NCBI GenBank assembly: GCA_977017575.1 | Contig: CDRNVI010000004.1 | Location: forward strand, 1-64,000 | DNA length: 64,000 nucleotides | Direction: 5' to 3' | From: Paramoeba atlantica | Taxonomy: Eukaryota > Protista > Discosea | Shown here: in pieces, positions 30,423 through 41,572 of the stretch | Layout of the letters: each line of letters opens with the position of its first letter | Numbering within the stretch: position 1 is the stretch's first letter | Position numbers and translations under genes: made by a program | Notes under the pieces: model-generated | Seen by the model: only the letters and a program-made list of their open reading frames with translations | What the model was told of the DNA's origin: nothing | The model's database searches: none

Positions 30423-30745
30423 CTCCCTGCTTATGAGTTCCCCGGTTTTGAGAAAAAGGTACTCATAAGGTACCATGCCAGAAATCGAGCCATGAAAACG
30501 CGAAAATTCGGGCCCGTGGCGCTTCGCGTCGCGGGTTCTCCTTGACAATGATACTGGCGCTAAAAAGATTATCCGCTCTGTGAGCGAGTCTGTAGAGCAG
30601 CCTGACGTACAGTTGTTGGGAATTTTATGAATTTTCGTTCCGAGCCAAAAAAATCGCTTCGCGAAAAGTGGGTACAAAAACATTCGCCTTAGAAAAAAGA
30701 ACTCATAAGCGTACCAGAATTGGGGGAACTCATAAGCGGGAGGGG
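30423..30745. mobile_element. ~320-bp MITE-like element with ~21-bp TIRs
   Basis: ctccctgcttatgagttcccc (30423-43) / ggggaactcataagcgggag (30723-42). Internal actcataag sub-repeats at 30461 and 30700. TA near both ends. Confidence 0.7.
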
Positions 30746-30906
30746 TATAGTATTATTATGCTTTCTCCTTGTAACTGAAAGAAATAAGAAGGGTTACAAG
30801 GCAGTAACAGAAATTTGGAATATCGTACAATAAGGTCTTCCTTTAAGAGAGAGAGAGAGAGAAACGTGCACAATCCGTCAATATAACCAAAAATAAGTTG
30901 ACTTTT

Positions 30907-32766
30907 TCATTCGGGCGGTGTAAGTGAGGGCTGAGAAAGTTGCATTTGCGCAACCTCTCGCCGTGTAATAGATGACTCCAGGGCTCGACGTTTCATACTA
31001 GGCGTAAAGTTCATCGTTGGGACAGGGGTTGAGAAAAGTTCACAATTGTCTTCTTTCCACGCCTCAAAGGCTAGCGTGACTGGAAGTAAATGCTCCGGAG
31101 CCTTGGCATACACAAACACTGTACTTTCCTCAAATGCTGTGGGAGTAAAAAGAGGGCTTTTTCGCTTGGCACTCAAGTGAAATGCCTCGTCTTGGTTCTT
31201 TTTGGGGTTAAAAAATCCTACATGGCTTATGGGATCATCCGCGGCTCCCTGATGGTCACTGCTACCGTACGTGATGCGCGTCACGTGAACAACCACGTCG
31301 CTCATCGTTATCACCGTGCTCTGTGGTGGAAGATGGGTTAAAATCTCATGCGTAATCTCAATCTCCGCGCGAGGTACTTCCCCACTGCGATAGGCCGCGA
31401 TTCCGGCTAAGTGGTAGAAGTCCCGGGCCCGTATACGGGAAATTATCGCCTGAGCGGGTAAAAGAGCCGTCGAGGGGCAGGCCTCCAAGGCGTCCAGTAT
31501 CCAGTCACCCAGGCGGACATACGCGTCAATGTCATCGACACATGCCCCGATACTGTAGGACTGGCCCCCGCCGCCCAGAATCATGTAGTGACCCTCCGCA
31601 AGCTCTAAGACATTCAAAATCATGTGGTCAATTACTTTCACAATGCGGTGTTGGTACACGTACTTGTGCAACTTCGCTCGAAGACTGAAAATGTCTCCAA
31701 GGCTCAGCGCCATTTTCTCCTCAAAGCAAATTTGCCACTCACTGTTGAAATTGACCGCACGGGTTGACTTAATCAAACGATTGATGTGACAGTCCACAGC
31801 AACGCGACCCCAGCAACACGCACTGTCCCGCATAAAGTAGTCCAGCTTATCCACATCTATCCCATTTCGCTTGTTGGAGACAATATCAAATAAGAACCGT
31901 TTCGTCTCGGATCGGCTTCCCATCGGAGCCCGATGTCCTGGCTTCACCCCTTTAATCAGATGTGTCACAAACTGTATGTCCTCCTCCAGCAATCCAAAAT
32001 CCTCAAACCGAATCTCATGCTTTTGTATAATATGCCGAAACACACGGACCGACATATCCTCATGACGCCATCGTGGGAAGGACGTACCACTCCCACCACC
32101 ACTATTATTCCCCGGACTACCCCTTGTGCGATTCACAAACTCCTCAAACAGATGGGAGAACGGGCCATGTCCTAAATCATGACACAGGCCCGCGAGCATC
32201 ACGGCCATCTCATCACGGTAATCCACCCGGAGCTCGGGCTGGTGCTTCCGGATGTGTCGTACCATTACGCCGCCGAGGAAGGCGACGCCCAGGGAGTGTT
32301 CGAATCGGGTGTTGGTGGCACCGGGGTAGAGGTAGTGGGTGGAGCCGAGCTGTCGCAGCCCACGGAGCCGTTGGAACTCGGGGGTGTCAATAAACGTGAT
32401 CAGGAGGGGGGGCATGGTGATGTGGTCATGGACCCGGTCTTGGAGAACCTTGCCCTTGTGGGCCCACTGTTGGGAGAACCGTTGTGGTCCTTGGGCGTGG
32501 GGGGTGATGAGGGAGTCGTCCTGGGTGGGGCTTGAGGGGGTGGAGGCGGAGGTGGCGGTGGAGGTGAGGTGGGGGAGGAGGGAGTTAGCCCCGGGGAGGG
32601 TGTAGTGGGTTTCCTCGGCGGTGAGGAGGAGATCGCCGTTGGGGGAGGGGAAGATGGGGATACCGGAGGATGTGGTGAGGCCCAGGATGCCTTTGGGGAA
32701 TAGGGATCGGATTTGCTTTTCGGTTAGCCGTTCGGGGACGGGGTACCCGTTAATGAAGTGGGACAT
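30907..32766 (-). CDS. SAMHD1: SAMHD1-like HD-domain dNTP triphosphohydrolase
   Basis: QDRVHDHI, FIDTPEFQRLRGLRQLG, YPGATNTRFEHSLGV, GLCHDLGHGPFSHLFE, GIDVDKLDYFMRD, HKYVYQHR. Confidence 0.93.
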   Translation of the reverse strand: MSHFINGYPVPERLTEKQIRSLFPKGILGLTTSSGIPIFPSPNGDLLLTAEETHYTLPGANSLLPHLTSTATSASTPSSPTQDDSLITPHAQGPQRFSQQWAHKGKVLQDRVHDHITMPPLLITFIDTPEFQRLRGLRQLGSTHYLYPGATNTRFEHSLGVAFLGGVMVRHIRKHQPELRVDYRDEMAVMLAGLCHDLGHGPFSHLFEEFVNRTRGSPGNNSGGGSGTSFPRWRHEDMSVRVFRHIIQKHEIRFEDFGLLEEDIQFVTHLIKGVKPGHRAPMGSRSETKRFLFDIVSNKRNGIDVDKLDYFMRDSACCWGRVAVDCHINRLIKSTRAVNFNSEWQICFEEKMALSLGDIFSLRAKLHKYVYQHRIVKVIDHMILNVLELAEGHYMILGGGGQSYSIGACVDDIDAYVRLGDWILDALEACPSTALLPAQAIISRIRARDFYHLAGIAAYRSGEVPRAEIEITHEILTHLPPQSTVITMSDVVVHVTRITYGSSDHQGAADDPISHVGFFNPKKNQDEAFHLSAKRKSPLFTPTAFEESTVFVYAKAPEHLLPVTLAFEAWKEDNCELFSTPVPTMNFTPSMKRRALESSITRREVAQMQLSQPSLTPPE

Positions 32767-32977
32767 GGATGAAAGGGTAAACGAGAAGAGGAAAAGGCGT
32801 CGTTATCAGAAATAGTGGAATCGTGGTGAGTATATTCTTCTTATTCTCCGCGTGTTCTAAAATAAGCAATGCAGAAGGTACATATGAATTTGATAATTCC
32901 ATTCCTTTAGCTGTAAAAATCCATCCTCTGCAAAGTTTGTTGACCTACAGGCTGTACGTCCTACCTCCGAGACAGGC

Positions 32978-33127
32978 CAGGGGGTGAAAAATTCTATAAA
33001 ATTCTAGAATAATTATAGGAGGTGGCACTTAAATGTGGGGGTGGGGGTCAAATTGTGCAAAATTTGTTCTGTTTCAGGAAATAATAGCGCCCTTTGGATG
33101 GGATTGGAGAGCTCTCACAGAGTTGTA
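32978..33127. mobile_element. Degenerate solo TIR of the Tc1-like element
   Basis: cagggggtgaaaa...ggggtcaaatt...aataatagcgc...gagagctctcacagagttgta; the last 21 bp are 20/21 identical to the right TIR. Confidence 0.75.
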
Positions 33128-33393
33128 CGTCAACAATCAAAAGTTAATATGTTCCGTGCACTGCAGCAGCTTCTCATTTCTAAGACGCAACGACTTTTGA
33201 AAAATCGTTTCAAAGGATTCGAGCTAATTCGAATGGAGATTGGGGAAATGCATGTTCCAGCTATTTTGATATAAGTAAACCTCTGTCTGTTTAGAATACT
33301 GTAATATTGGAGACTATTGTATGTCAAAGTAGGTCTTATTTGCCACACTTTTTGCTAAAGTTAAAATAAAATTTTGGATTGAGTCCTGAAATT

Positions 33394-34678
33394 TCAGGAC
33401 TCGGTGGGTACATTTCTTAAAGGTCGCCTACTAGCTGACTTAAACTGAGCATCCTTTAGCCCTGAATTTTTCCTGAATTCTTTTTTTATATCATTTGTTG
33501 AGTGAGTATTAAGCCAGTTATCACGATGACTATGCCAATGTATAATCTCGGACGCTTGTTTCTCTAAGGCTATTGAGACGCCTTCTTCATGCTTCTGATT
33601 CGTTGCGCATTTATGAGTAGAAGCTCCACTGAAATCAAGGGTGTCGTACTCTTTCCCTAAAAAATTATCTTCTATTACACGACGCACCTCATGGCCGTAT
33701 TTCAAGGTTTGATGAAGGAACCGCAGCTCGTGATCGCTCCTGAGTTGAAAAGTGGCGTTATCTTCGTATTCATTTCTACGCCTTCCATCTGAAAGTGAGT
33801 GAGGCATAGCGTTGGATTGATTCTTCGTAACGTCCAGCAGCTTGAAGAAAAGTTTGACGAATTCTGTCCAAGTAGCCACATATGCCATCAAAGTCTGTTT
33901 GCATGACACAGTGAAATGCCACCTGCGCCGTCCGAAACAAGTATCGTGTGGATTTTGAAGATACACGATCATTTCGTATAGAGGTCTGCCCGTCATCAGG
34001 GGCACATAAGCCGCAAGCCTGCATTGAACGGCGAAACGTTGTAGCGAAATACGCAGCTATCTGCGACTCCTCGGAACACACAAGGAACACCAAATAAGGT
34101 GTCTCAGAACGGCATGAACCCACGCTCTGATTCATTTCATCAGATGTAACATGAAGCTCACTTGAACCTCTGTGTGTCAAAGTCTTTGAGTCGCTCTCGC
34201 CCACATGCATCGCGAGTAAGCCTTTCGGATTCCTTTTTAATGCATACAAAGTTCTAAAAACCTGAAGTTCGGAGACACTGATCGTCACCCCGGGAATTAG
34301 AACACACACAATATCGCACGAACGGAACAAATCAGCCGCCAAACAGGTTTGTAGAGCCACCATTAGGCGAGAAAACAACTTGAATGAATATTCTTCATTC
34401 CTTTTCTGTGATTGCACCCGCAGCCGATTTACCGATTCTTACGAATCGTCGCTCTTTTCCCTGGTTAAAAATTGGGTCTTACAAAATGGTAAAAAGCGGG
34501 GATCCATAATATTTCCTACGAACAGCCAAAGAATAGACCTCGATTCATCAAAATGTCACAAAACAGATGTTTCAATTCCCTTGGGATCATGAAAGGCCGT
34601 TCTTCTTGATATAGCATTTGCTTTCTCGGCAGCTCCGCGAAAAGTGCCCCAGAGACCAATCACTGACAGTGCAGTCAT
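33394..34678 (-). pseudogene. Probable decayed gene of unknown function
   Basis: ATG 34678 frame continues through TGA (34558) and TAA (34441) into ORF 34417-33776, with an apparent frameshift near 34.0 kb into ORF 34005-33394. No recognised motif. Confidence 0.4.
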
Positions 34679-35221
34679 AATGGTCCGCTTTTCCAACAAA
34701 ACGACTTAAAAATTCAACTCCCTGTAGACTAAGGCAAGTAAAAAAAATCTACGACTTTCTTGTTCCAGCAACATTCAATGTTGCTACCTTTTATTCAATG
34801 TTTTACCTCACACATCTGAATATCTTCGCAGCTAAATTCATCACAGGAAAATTTCATCACAAACTTCTTCTTCGACTGAACAACGAATGACATGTAGAGG
34901 AATGCTAGAAACAAAGATAGAGCAACCTAATGATTCTTGAGTAGAAGAACACTTCTTCACCGACAATCTAATAAGTATAGTCCGCATCCGAAGTACTAAT
35001 GGCCTTTCGAACTTTGAAAAATACTTTTTTAGTTTAGCAAAAAATTTCCTTTATTTCTGTGAACCGAAGCCTAATACAATATAGGAAAACATACATTCGC
35101 AGACCTTTTTCTACGCTAAACATTACAAATGACTTGAATACTTTTTACCCACTTCTTGACCGCGTTGCAGCTCGCTGTGCGAATTGTTTTTTCGCAGGAT
35201 GTGTCTTCATTAAAATGGCGC

Positions 35222-35416
35222 TTATTTGGTAACGCTTTGAGGATTGGCGCGCCTCTTTTGACCGGGAACCATAGCAGTCATTATGTTTCGCTTCTTATAA
35301 AGCAGTCTTTTCTTTGCCCTTCCACGCGGCGCCTTCATTTTCTCTTTCTTGGCAACCTTTGGGGTTTGATTCCGGACCTTTCCTGCACGAGCGAGTGATC
35401 CGTGTACTTTGCCCAT
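35222..35416 (-). CDS. RPS30: 40S ribosomal protein S30 (eS30), no ubiquitin-like fusion
   Basis: [23 protein letters not shown]...[11 protein letters not shown]. Confidence 0.97.
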   Translation of the reverse strand: MGKVHGSLARAGKVRNQTPKVAKKEKMKAPRGRAKKRLLYKKRNIMTAMVPGQKRRANPQSVTK

Positions 35417-35863
35417 AAATTAGACTATTGAAATTAATCGGAACTTTGGAACGATGTTGAAGTGTGTTTAATTGGCACGTTTTCTAGCTTACGTGGCTTG
35501 TGAGAAGTAGCAAATATTGTACTAAGATACAGGCTTACTGTACATAAGCGAATACTAAAGACACATACAGGTAACTAACTTGATACAAAGGACGATAAAA
35601 CAATATCTTCTGTCTGGCGAAAAAAAGTTGCGCAACCTTTGACAAGCCTGTTCAACCCATATATCCGCTTCAAGGGAGGCAGTACGAATGCTGTACAGCT
35701 GTCTACACGACGATTACACGAAAAAGGCGGTACATCTGCGCCACAAGTCTTCAACATTCACTGCCACGACTTCAAACATACGAAGACGGGGGTCACTTTA
35801 TCACTTACTACACGTGTAGCACACGTGTAGTAATTCAAAGTTTGGAATATGGAGACCCGACAT

Positions 35864-36163
35864 CTACTCAAGCCTCAACTCAGCATCAGGCTTCCAGTAA
35901 CCCGACGTCAAGTGAGAATCTGATCCGCCAAGGACGGAGTAGAACGAGCTGTAACTTTGCATATGGGTTGGATTGTAGTGTGCTCGGATAAACTGTAGCG
36001 CATCCGTGAGTGATACGGAAACCTGGTGCCGTTCGGCAATAACATCCCGCACGGCGAGCGCTGCGATCCAAAGAAACGGCCCGTGTGGAGGAACAGAAAT
36101 AAGTTGTTCCAAAGCTGTGGCGCAAATAATTGGGTCACATTCCGAAAGTGACACAGTTTTCAT
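35864..36163 (-). CDS. Small protein resembling Eaf7/MRGBP (CT20 domain)
   Basis: From ATG 36163 (99 aa): ALEQLISVPPHGPFLWIAALAVRDVIAERHQVSVSLTDALQFIRAHYN aligns essentially gaplessly with recalled MRGBP [48 protein letters not shown]. Confidence 0.5.
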   Translation of the reverse strand: MKTVSLSECDPIICATALEQLISVPPHGPFLWIAALAVRDVIAERHQVSVSLTDALQFIRAHYNPTHMQSYSSFYSVLGGSDSHLTSGYWKPDAELRLE

Positions 36164-36333
36164 GCAAGTGTTCTTAAAAGATATTTTCCAATTTCTGATA
36201 TACCAATTTTCCCTCGGTAGTTCAATAGAATCCACTCAATGTCCATATGTTTGATTCAAAAAGTATGAATTCTTTTTTTATTTTCTCCCGGACAAATAAC
36301 CTGAAAAAATAACCGTGAGTGCACATTCTCTTT

Positions 36334-37602
36334 TTATGTAAAATGATAAGACGAATTTGTATTAGTAACATGACCTGTAGAAATCATATTGCTCTGTAGA
36401 AATCGTAGGGCAGTCGAACCAAACCGACAAAACAAATAACCTGGCGTCAGGTGTACAGAGTCAACATAGGGCTCTAGTGAAGGCGGGAGGCTCTCAAACG
36501 TGGTCAACGTTGCTACGGGATCTGTAGGTAAGAATAGATTTGAGAAGACCGTCTTTAGTGGTGCATGCTTGTGCACAAGATACGATAGGTAGGGTGAATA
36601 GTAACACGATGGGACAAATCTATATAAGAAAAGCAGAGCACCGACAGTTGCTCCAAGAAGACAGTAACTTCTCTTGACCCCGTCTATCTGAGAGGGAATC
36701 AATACGTCATTATTTCGTGCATTAAATGCTAATGCCATAGAGACGCCTGAAAAATCTTTTTTACTGAACTGTCTCCTACCATTCACTGAATTTTGAGCAT
36801 CGCAATATTCTTGGTAACTTAGAAATGGCATTTCTGTGGACCCGCTAGCATGATTTTTTCTTCTATCATCAGATAGAGCACATAGATACCGTGTGGTAAC
36901 TGAACGCGCGCAGGGGGACTCAAGCGGACCGTCCAGAGAATAAGACGGACGTGTATCCTGAAATAAGTATCTTGAGGCAGATAAGTCGTCGCGCACTGCT
37001 TTTCGCCGTAGAAATTCTACACAGGATTCGAATTCTGTCTCAGAAATGGGCAAGAGTAGCGAAGGACCTGCACAGGATACTCTTAAAGCAAAGTATCGAC
37101 CTACAAAGGACGGGCCGTACCACTTCGTTCTACGGGATTCCATGGGAAAATGTTTTCGTCCATAAAAACTCGGATCTCTTCCTTCAATAATGTAAAATCT
37201 GTCCTCCAAGAAGTCAGACAAGTAAAAACTCGCTAAACTTTCGCTTTCGATTGAGACGTCTCTATTAAGTTCAAAAAGATGAGCTTGCTGGTTTAATGAG
37301 CACAGGAATCGAGCAGCGCAAAGATTTAGTTTGTGACCTTCGAAATCGTAGTAATTTGACAGCAGTTCCTGTGTGGGACGGGTACACAAAGGAATGCCAA
37401 AGGGAAAAGAATCTTTCCTTGAATCACAGTATTCGATAATCCCAACATGGAAAGGACACACGGATTTCCATAAGGTAGGGTAACCGAACAGCTCGTGCCA
37501 CAAGATGGCTAGAAGTGACGATGACGTTTCACTACAAACATTCCCGTCAAGAAACTCCAACAATCGTTTCTCGGTTGCACGTCGCTCTGCAATTTCGCAC
37601 AT
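36334..37602 (-). CDS. Hypothetical protein (422 aa)
   Basis: Long ATG-initiated ORF on the coding strand; no recognised motif. Confidence 0.75.
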   Translation of the reverse strand: MCEIAERRATEKRLLEFLDGNVCSETSSSLLAILWHELFGYPTLWKSVCPFHVGIIEYCDSRKDSFPFGIPLCTRPTQELLSNYYDFEGHKLNLCAARFLCSLNQQAHLFELNRDVSIESESLASFYLSDFLEDRFYIIEGRDPSFYGRKHFPMESRRTKWYGPSFVGRYFALRVSCAGPSLLLPISETEFESCVEFLRRKAVRDDLSASRYLFQDTRPSYSLDGPLESPCARSVTTRYLCALSDDRRKNHASGSTEMPFLSYQEYCDAQNSVNGRRQFSKKDFSGVSMALAFNARNNDVLIPSQIDGVKRSYCLLGATVGALLFLYRFVPSCYYSPYLSYLVHKHAPLKTVFSNLFLPTDPVATLTTFESLPPSLEPYVDSVHLTPGYLFCRFGSTALRFLQSNMISTGHVTNTNSSYHFT

Positions 37603-37991
37603 TGTATCCTTCCCTGAGATTCATGTTTGCTTCATATCAAATTATCAGTTTTATCATGATTATTTTCTGTTACTCACGTACATACACATGTATTTACTTT
37701 CTTAAATGCATATTTACCACCTGAAATGATAAATTAAACACGTCGGAAGCTTGATGGCTTTATGTTCTCGTAGCTAATACAACATGTTTATCGTCTCCTC
37801 ACCTACATACATGTACATGTAGCTGCTCATACTCGCATGTGTTGGATGTATTCAAATGTCTTCAAAATAAAAAACGGCCTTCAAGACGAATAAGGCGAGA
37901 TTTTTTATTAATAATCTGTTAAACGACGCCCATTTTCCGAGAACATGTAGTTTACGTATTCCAGTGTGCTACGTCCACGATTTGCCTTTTA

Positions 37992-38630
37992 CTATGCCAC
38001 GATTTGGTGTCCAACTCGCACGTTGTCCGGTATATCCTCAGGAGCAAAGCCTCGGAAACCGTTGTGCGTTAAATCCAATGTAATTAAAGTTACAGGTAGG
38101 TGCTCTACATCTGCTATGCCTCCGAACCGATTACTTCCCAAGTGAAGAAACTGGATGTTAGATGGCAGTGATGCCAACCTCACGGGGCCAGAGAAATGGT
38201 TATGATTGAGATACAAATGGAGCAATTCCGGTGGACATGCGTTTAAATCGATGTGTCCGTGAAACTCATTGTAGCAAAGATACAAGTGCCTCATTTCTCG
38301 TGGAAACGCAGCAAGATCAATCTCCCCCGTCAGACTGTTACTCCCGACATCCAATTTTCGGACCGATTTGGGAAGTAAAGACCACTGCGGGATCCCACGG
38401 ATACGCTGAGAACGCCAATTCACTTCTAACACTGCGGAGGCCTTCGAGCCCTTCCCTACCTCGATCCCATGCCACTCAGCGATGGGAATGTGCGCACTCC
38501 ATGAGTTGTGTTGTTCAAACACCCCTTGCAGAAAACGCTCCATCTCGTATTCTACAGGAAATCCGACGTGACGGATTTTGGACGTCCGGAGAAGCGGAAG
38601 GTCGTCCTGGAAGGTACAAAGGCGTGACAT
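37992..38630 (-). CDS. Leucine-rich repeat protein (same family)
   Basis: EWHGIEV cap; LPKSVRKLDVGSNSLTGEIDL, LPSNIQFLHLGSNRFGG. Confidence 0.9.
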   Translation of the reverse strand: MSRLCTFQDDLPLLRTSKIRHVGFPVEYEMERFLQGVFEQHNSWSAHIPIAEWHGIEVGKGSKASAVLEVNWRSQRIRGIPQWSLLPKSVRKLDVGSNSLTGEIDLAAFPREMRHLYLCYNEFHGHIDLNACPPELLHLYLNHNHFSGPVRLASLPSNIQFLHLGSNRFGGIADVEHLPVTLITLDLTHNGFRGFAPEDIPDNVRVGHQIVA

Positions 38631-38936
38631 TGTAGTACTTTAAAAAAGCTCTTTAAAAGTGAAAAAGGAGCTGTAAGTTCAATGATATTTCTTTCCACAT
38701 CTGTAGTGCTGTTAAATAGCCATAATGATTCGAACTTGATTCCTGAACATGAAGTTTGTATGTCGACTGTAATTGTGAAAAACATATGCGTATTTATACA
38801 GAGTTTGTTGAGTTTCAAACGCTAGTTCCAAATGCTTGTGGCGGGAGACCCAGTGTCCCAATGATTACGTAATTTTACATGCAATAAAACGGGAGTATAA
38901 TCGTCATAAAAACTATAAAAAAATTGCTAAAAAAGA

Positions 38937-39134
38937 CTAAGACGACGCTTCCCTGACCCTTTTCTTTCGACGGAGAATTCGAAATCGTCTTTTGATCATC
39001 AGGCGCTGCTCGCTGTACGGGTCGTGAGGAGAAAATTTCGCAGGATGAGCAGAAATAGTAGCTTCGCCGCTCGGAGAAACTTTCTTTAGAGTGTAAACAC
39101 GCTTTCCGTTTTCCAGGTAATACTGAAGGTGCAT
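38937..39134 (-). CDS. NOP10: H/ACA snoRNP subunit Nop10
   Basis: [18 protein letters not shown]...[24 protein letters not shown]. Confidence 0.96.
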   Translation of the reverse strand: MHLQYYLENGKRVYTLKKVSPSGEATISAHPAKFSPHDPYSEQRLMIKRRFRILRRKKRVREASS

Positions 39135-39442
39135 GCGTTAATTGTTAGATTATTAACAAAAAAAGGGGCTCGGGTTTTCTAATTTACTCCCACAAATCCG
39201 AATGTACATTACTATTACGTACTTCATAAATAAAAAGAATTATCTCCCCCTTTGTACAAAATTTGGTCATCCACATACGGGCAACCAATCTAGAGGTCAA
39301 TCTAGAGAACTCTTTTTTTTTCTACATTGGCAATTTGGATGTATTTTATGACGGAAGCATCAAATACCGGGGCAAGCACTTCAAGTAAAGCCTCGTCATC
39401 GCCACTTTCAGTTCTAAGTTTGTGGAAGAAGGCAGAACCATC

Positions 39443-40822
39443 TCATGTCTTTGGCGGTACAGTAAAAGATGCTAATAAAGCTTTTTCATAAGTCTCCGTA
39501 CGTTGTAAACGACAGGCTTTCTCAGTGGCAATCGACGCCAATGGCTTCTCACGTTCACCACTGATTCGATGCATCGTACTAATTTCCAGTTTCAGTGCAC
39601 TGATTTCCTCTCTTAGGGCTATGTGAGACTCGTGGTACTCGCGTAGTTCCACATTTTGTGACATTTTCTCGATCAATACTTCACGCAACAGGCTACGAAA
39701 CAGGTCACGTTCCTGCATCAGTTTATTTTCCATCGTAGTCTCATACACCTGTGACTTCTGTTCCGCGAGATTAATTGTGTCATGATCTGCACCCAATGAA
39801 TCACGAGATGCGAACGCAGCACCCAAGGTAGGATCTCCTTTCGCTTTCGGTATACTCCTTTGGTCGCTTTTGAGAGGATTGCCACTGACTTTGTCGATTC
39901 CACCTGATTTCCTTGCGTTTCCATATAGAGGTGGCGCCAGTTTACGAATTCGCATATCTGCTAGAATTTTTTCAGCTTGGTTAATGGCAAGATCGCCTAT
40001 TTGTCCCAATATGCCGTAACGTAATGAAAGGGTAGAGTTCGCAACATGCGCAACATCTCTTTTGGATTCTGAAGTTCGAAGAAGCGTTTTCAAGTGTAAT
40101 ATTCGTTTCCTAAGTTCGGTGTTTCTCCCCTGCAGACAAATTTTCTCGTGGATTAGTTTCTGTTTTTCCTCTAAACAATCCTGCCACTTCTTGTAGTATG
40201 ATAGTGGAGCCGCAGTGCTCTCTTTTCTTGCCGATCTTTGAGCTTTTGGAGTTGGAGTCGCACGTTTTACATTGTGTAAAGAGGAAGTGTTCTCCTTATC
40301 TGCTTGACTCTCTTTTTGAATCGGCGTTCTTACAAAGTGACTGAATTGTTTCTCGATCGTGCCGGGGGTGAAATTCAACTGGCGAGGAAAAGATGAGATA
40401 GGAGATACAGCTTTGACCCGAGGGCTTGACTCAAGGTTGCCTATGCTTTCTTCGGCTTTTATATCCGGATTCTCTGTCGTGTGATTTAGCAAAGTGTCAC
40501 CTAAGTTTGATTGTTCGGAGGAAGCCCCTGGGCACAACTTTTCAGGTTCGGCAGCTATCAAAGGGCACTGCACTTGGGGTGAATTCCCCGAAAAAGTGCG
40601 AAGGGAAGAGAACGCAACGTCTTTTCTTTCATAGCCAGGGTAGGGAGTTGCAGACTGCATTTGTCTGTGTGGAACTCGAGGCTTAATGAAGTCGTTCGGG
40701 GATGAATCAATTTTCCTCGGGATTATTTTCGAAAATCGGGAAGCAGGAATGCTAATAGTCGAACCGTATGACCGACGAATACTTTTCTCTTCCTGTGACT
40801 TAATTGGAAGTTTACTATTCAT
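39443..40822 (-). CDS. Hypothetical protein: disordered N-half, two coiled-coil segments
   Basis: 459-aa ORF with heptad-like CLEEKQKLIHEK..LRKRILHLK and LREEISALKLEISTM. Confidence 0.75.
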   Translation of the reverse strand: MNSKLPIKSQEEKSIRRSYGSTISIPASRFSKIIPRKIDSSPNDFIKPRVPHRQMQSATPYPGYERKDVAFSSLRTFSGNSPQVQCPLIAAEPEKLCPGASSEQSNLGDTLLNHTTENPDIKAEESIGNLESSPRVKAVSPISSFPRQLNFTPGTIEKQFSHFVRTPIQKESQADKENTSSLHNVKRATPTPKAQRSARKESTAAPLSYYKKWQDCLEEKQKLIHEKICLQGRNTELRKRILHLKTLLRTSESKRDVAHVANSTLSLRYGILGQIGDLAINQAEKILADMRIRKLAPPLYGNARKSGGIDKVSGNPLKSDQRSIPKAKGDPTLGAAFASRDSLGADHDTINLAEQKSQVYETTMENKLMQERDLFRSLLREVLIEKMSQNVELREYHESHIALREEISALKLEISTMHRISGEREKPLASIATEKACRLQRTETYEKALLASFTVPPKT

Positions 40823-41125
40823 TACGTCGCTTTCAGGCCAACAGGTTACTGCAAACCTCAGACACCTTCTAGCATAAATTTTGTAAAATACAAAATGGAT
40901 AGCTATGCAATTGGATAACTACGCAATTGGGAAAAATTAAATTTTACATTATGCTTCTCTGCATTACCCTTTAAAAATTGTTCGAATGACAGAGGCTAAA
41001 TTAATAGTTCGACAAGTGCATGTATCTGACCAAAGTCTCTTACTTAAGTGTAACCTACGTGCTCTTCACACCCAAACTATAGTATGTGACAGAGTACCTC
41101 TGACATCTACTATACCCCTCGACAA

Positions 41126-41374
41126 TTAAGAAGTTTCCACAGCGCTATCCTCTTCACCGGAACGTACAGTCAGCACATTGTTACATCTGATGAGGACTTC
41201 TCCAACATACCCCTGCAACGCGTTACCAATGTATTCAGAGCATTCTGTCAAATGAATGTTCATGTACTCGTCTGTCGATATCAAGTGTCCCACGTACTGC
41301 ATTCCCCATTTAAGACGAATGATCACACGCTTCCCTATCAACGATTTCAGGAACGGTTTCGGGTTCAACACCAT
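41126..41374 (-). CDS. SNRPF: Small nuclear ribonucleoprotein Sm F
   Basis: [37 protein letters not shown]...[11 protein letters not shown]. Confidence 0.92.
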   Translation of the reverse strand: MVLNPKPFLKSLIGKRVIIRLKWGMQYVGHLISTDEYMNIHLTECSEYIGNALQGYVGEVLIRCNNVLTVRSGEEDSAVETS

Positions 41375-41572
41375 TGGTAACAATAAGTAAGTAACAGAAA
41401 AATATATGCGAAAATTTATTTATTATTGTGGTAGACTCTAAATTGATAAAAATGCGCTATATTAAGTGCATTATACGTTGCATGCAGTGATAGAATAACT
41501 TCAAAAAGTAACAAATGACTTACAAATTTTCTATTCTGCACAACACCACAATACTTACCTGGAAGAAACTGT

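Noticed and set aside
19981-30662. GCGAAGC mini-hairpin motif (gcttcgc on +) seen six times in repeat islands
   Set aside because: About four more occur elsewhere, mostly inside ordinary genes. Chance expectation is about 4 per strand, and two hits come from one duplicated element, so enrichment is not convincing.
33394-34678. Stop-codon reassignment as the explanation for in-frame stops
   Set aside because: All conserved genes in the window are uninterrupted and end at standard stops.
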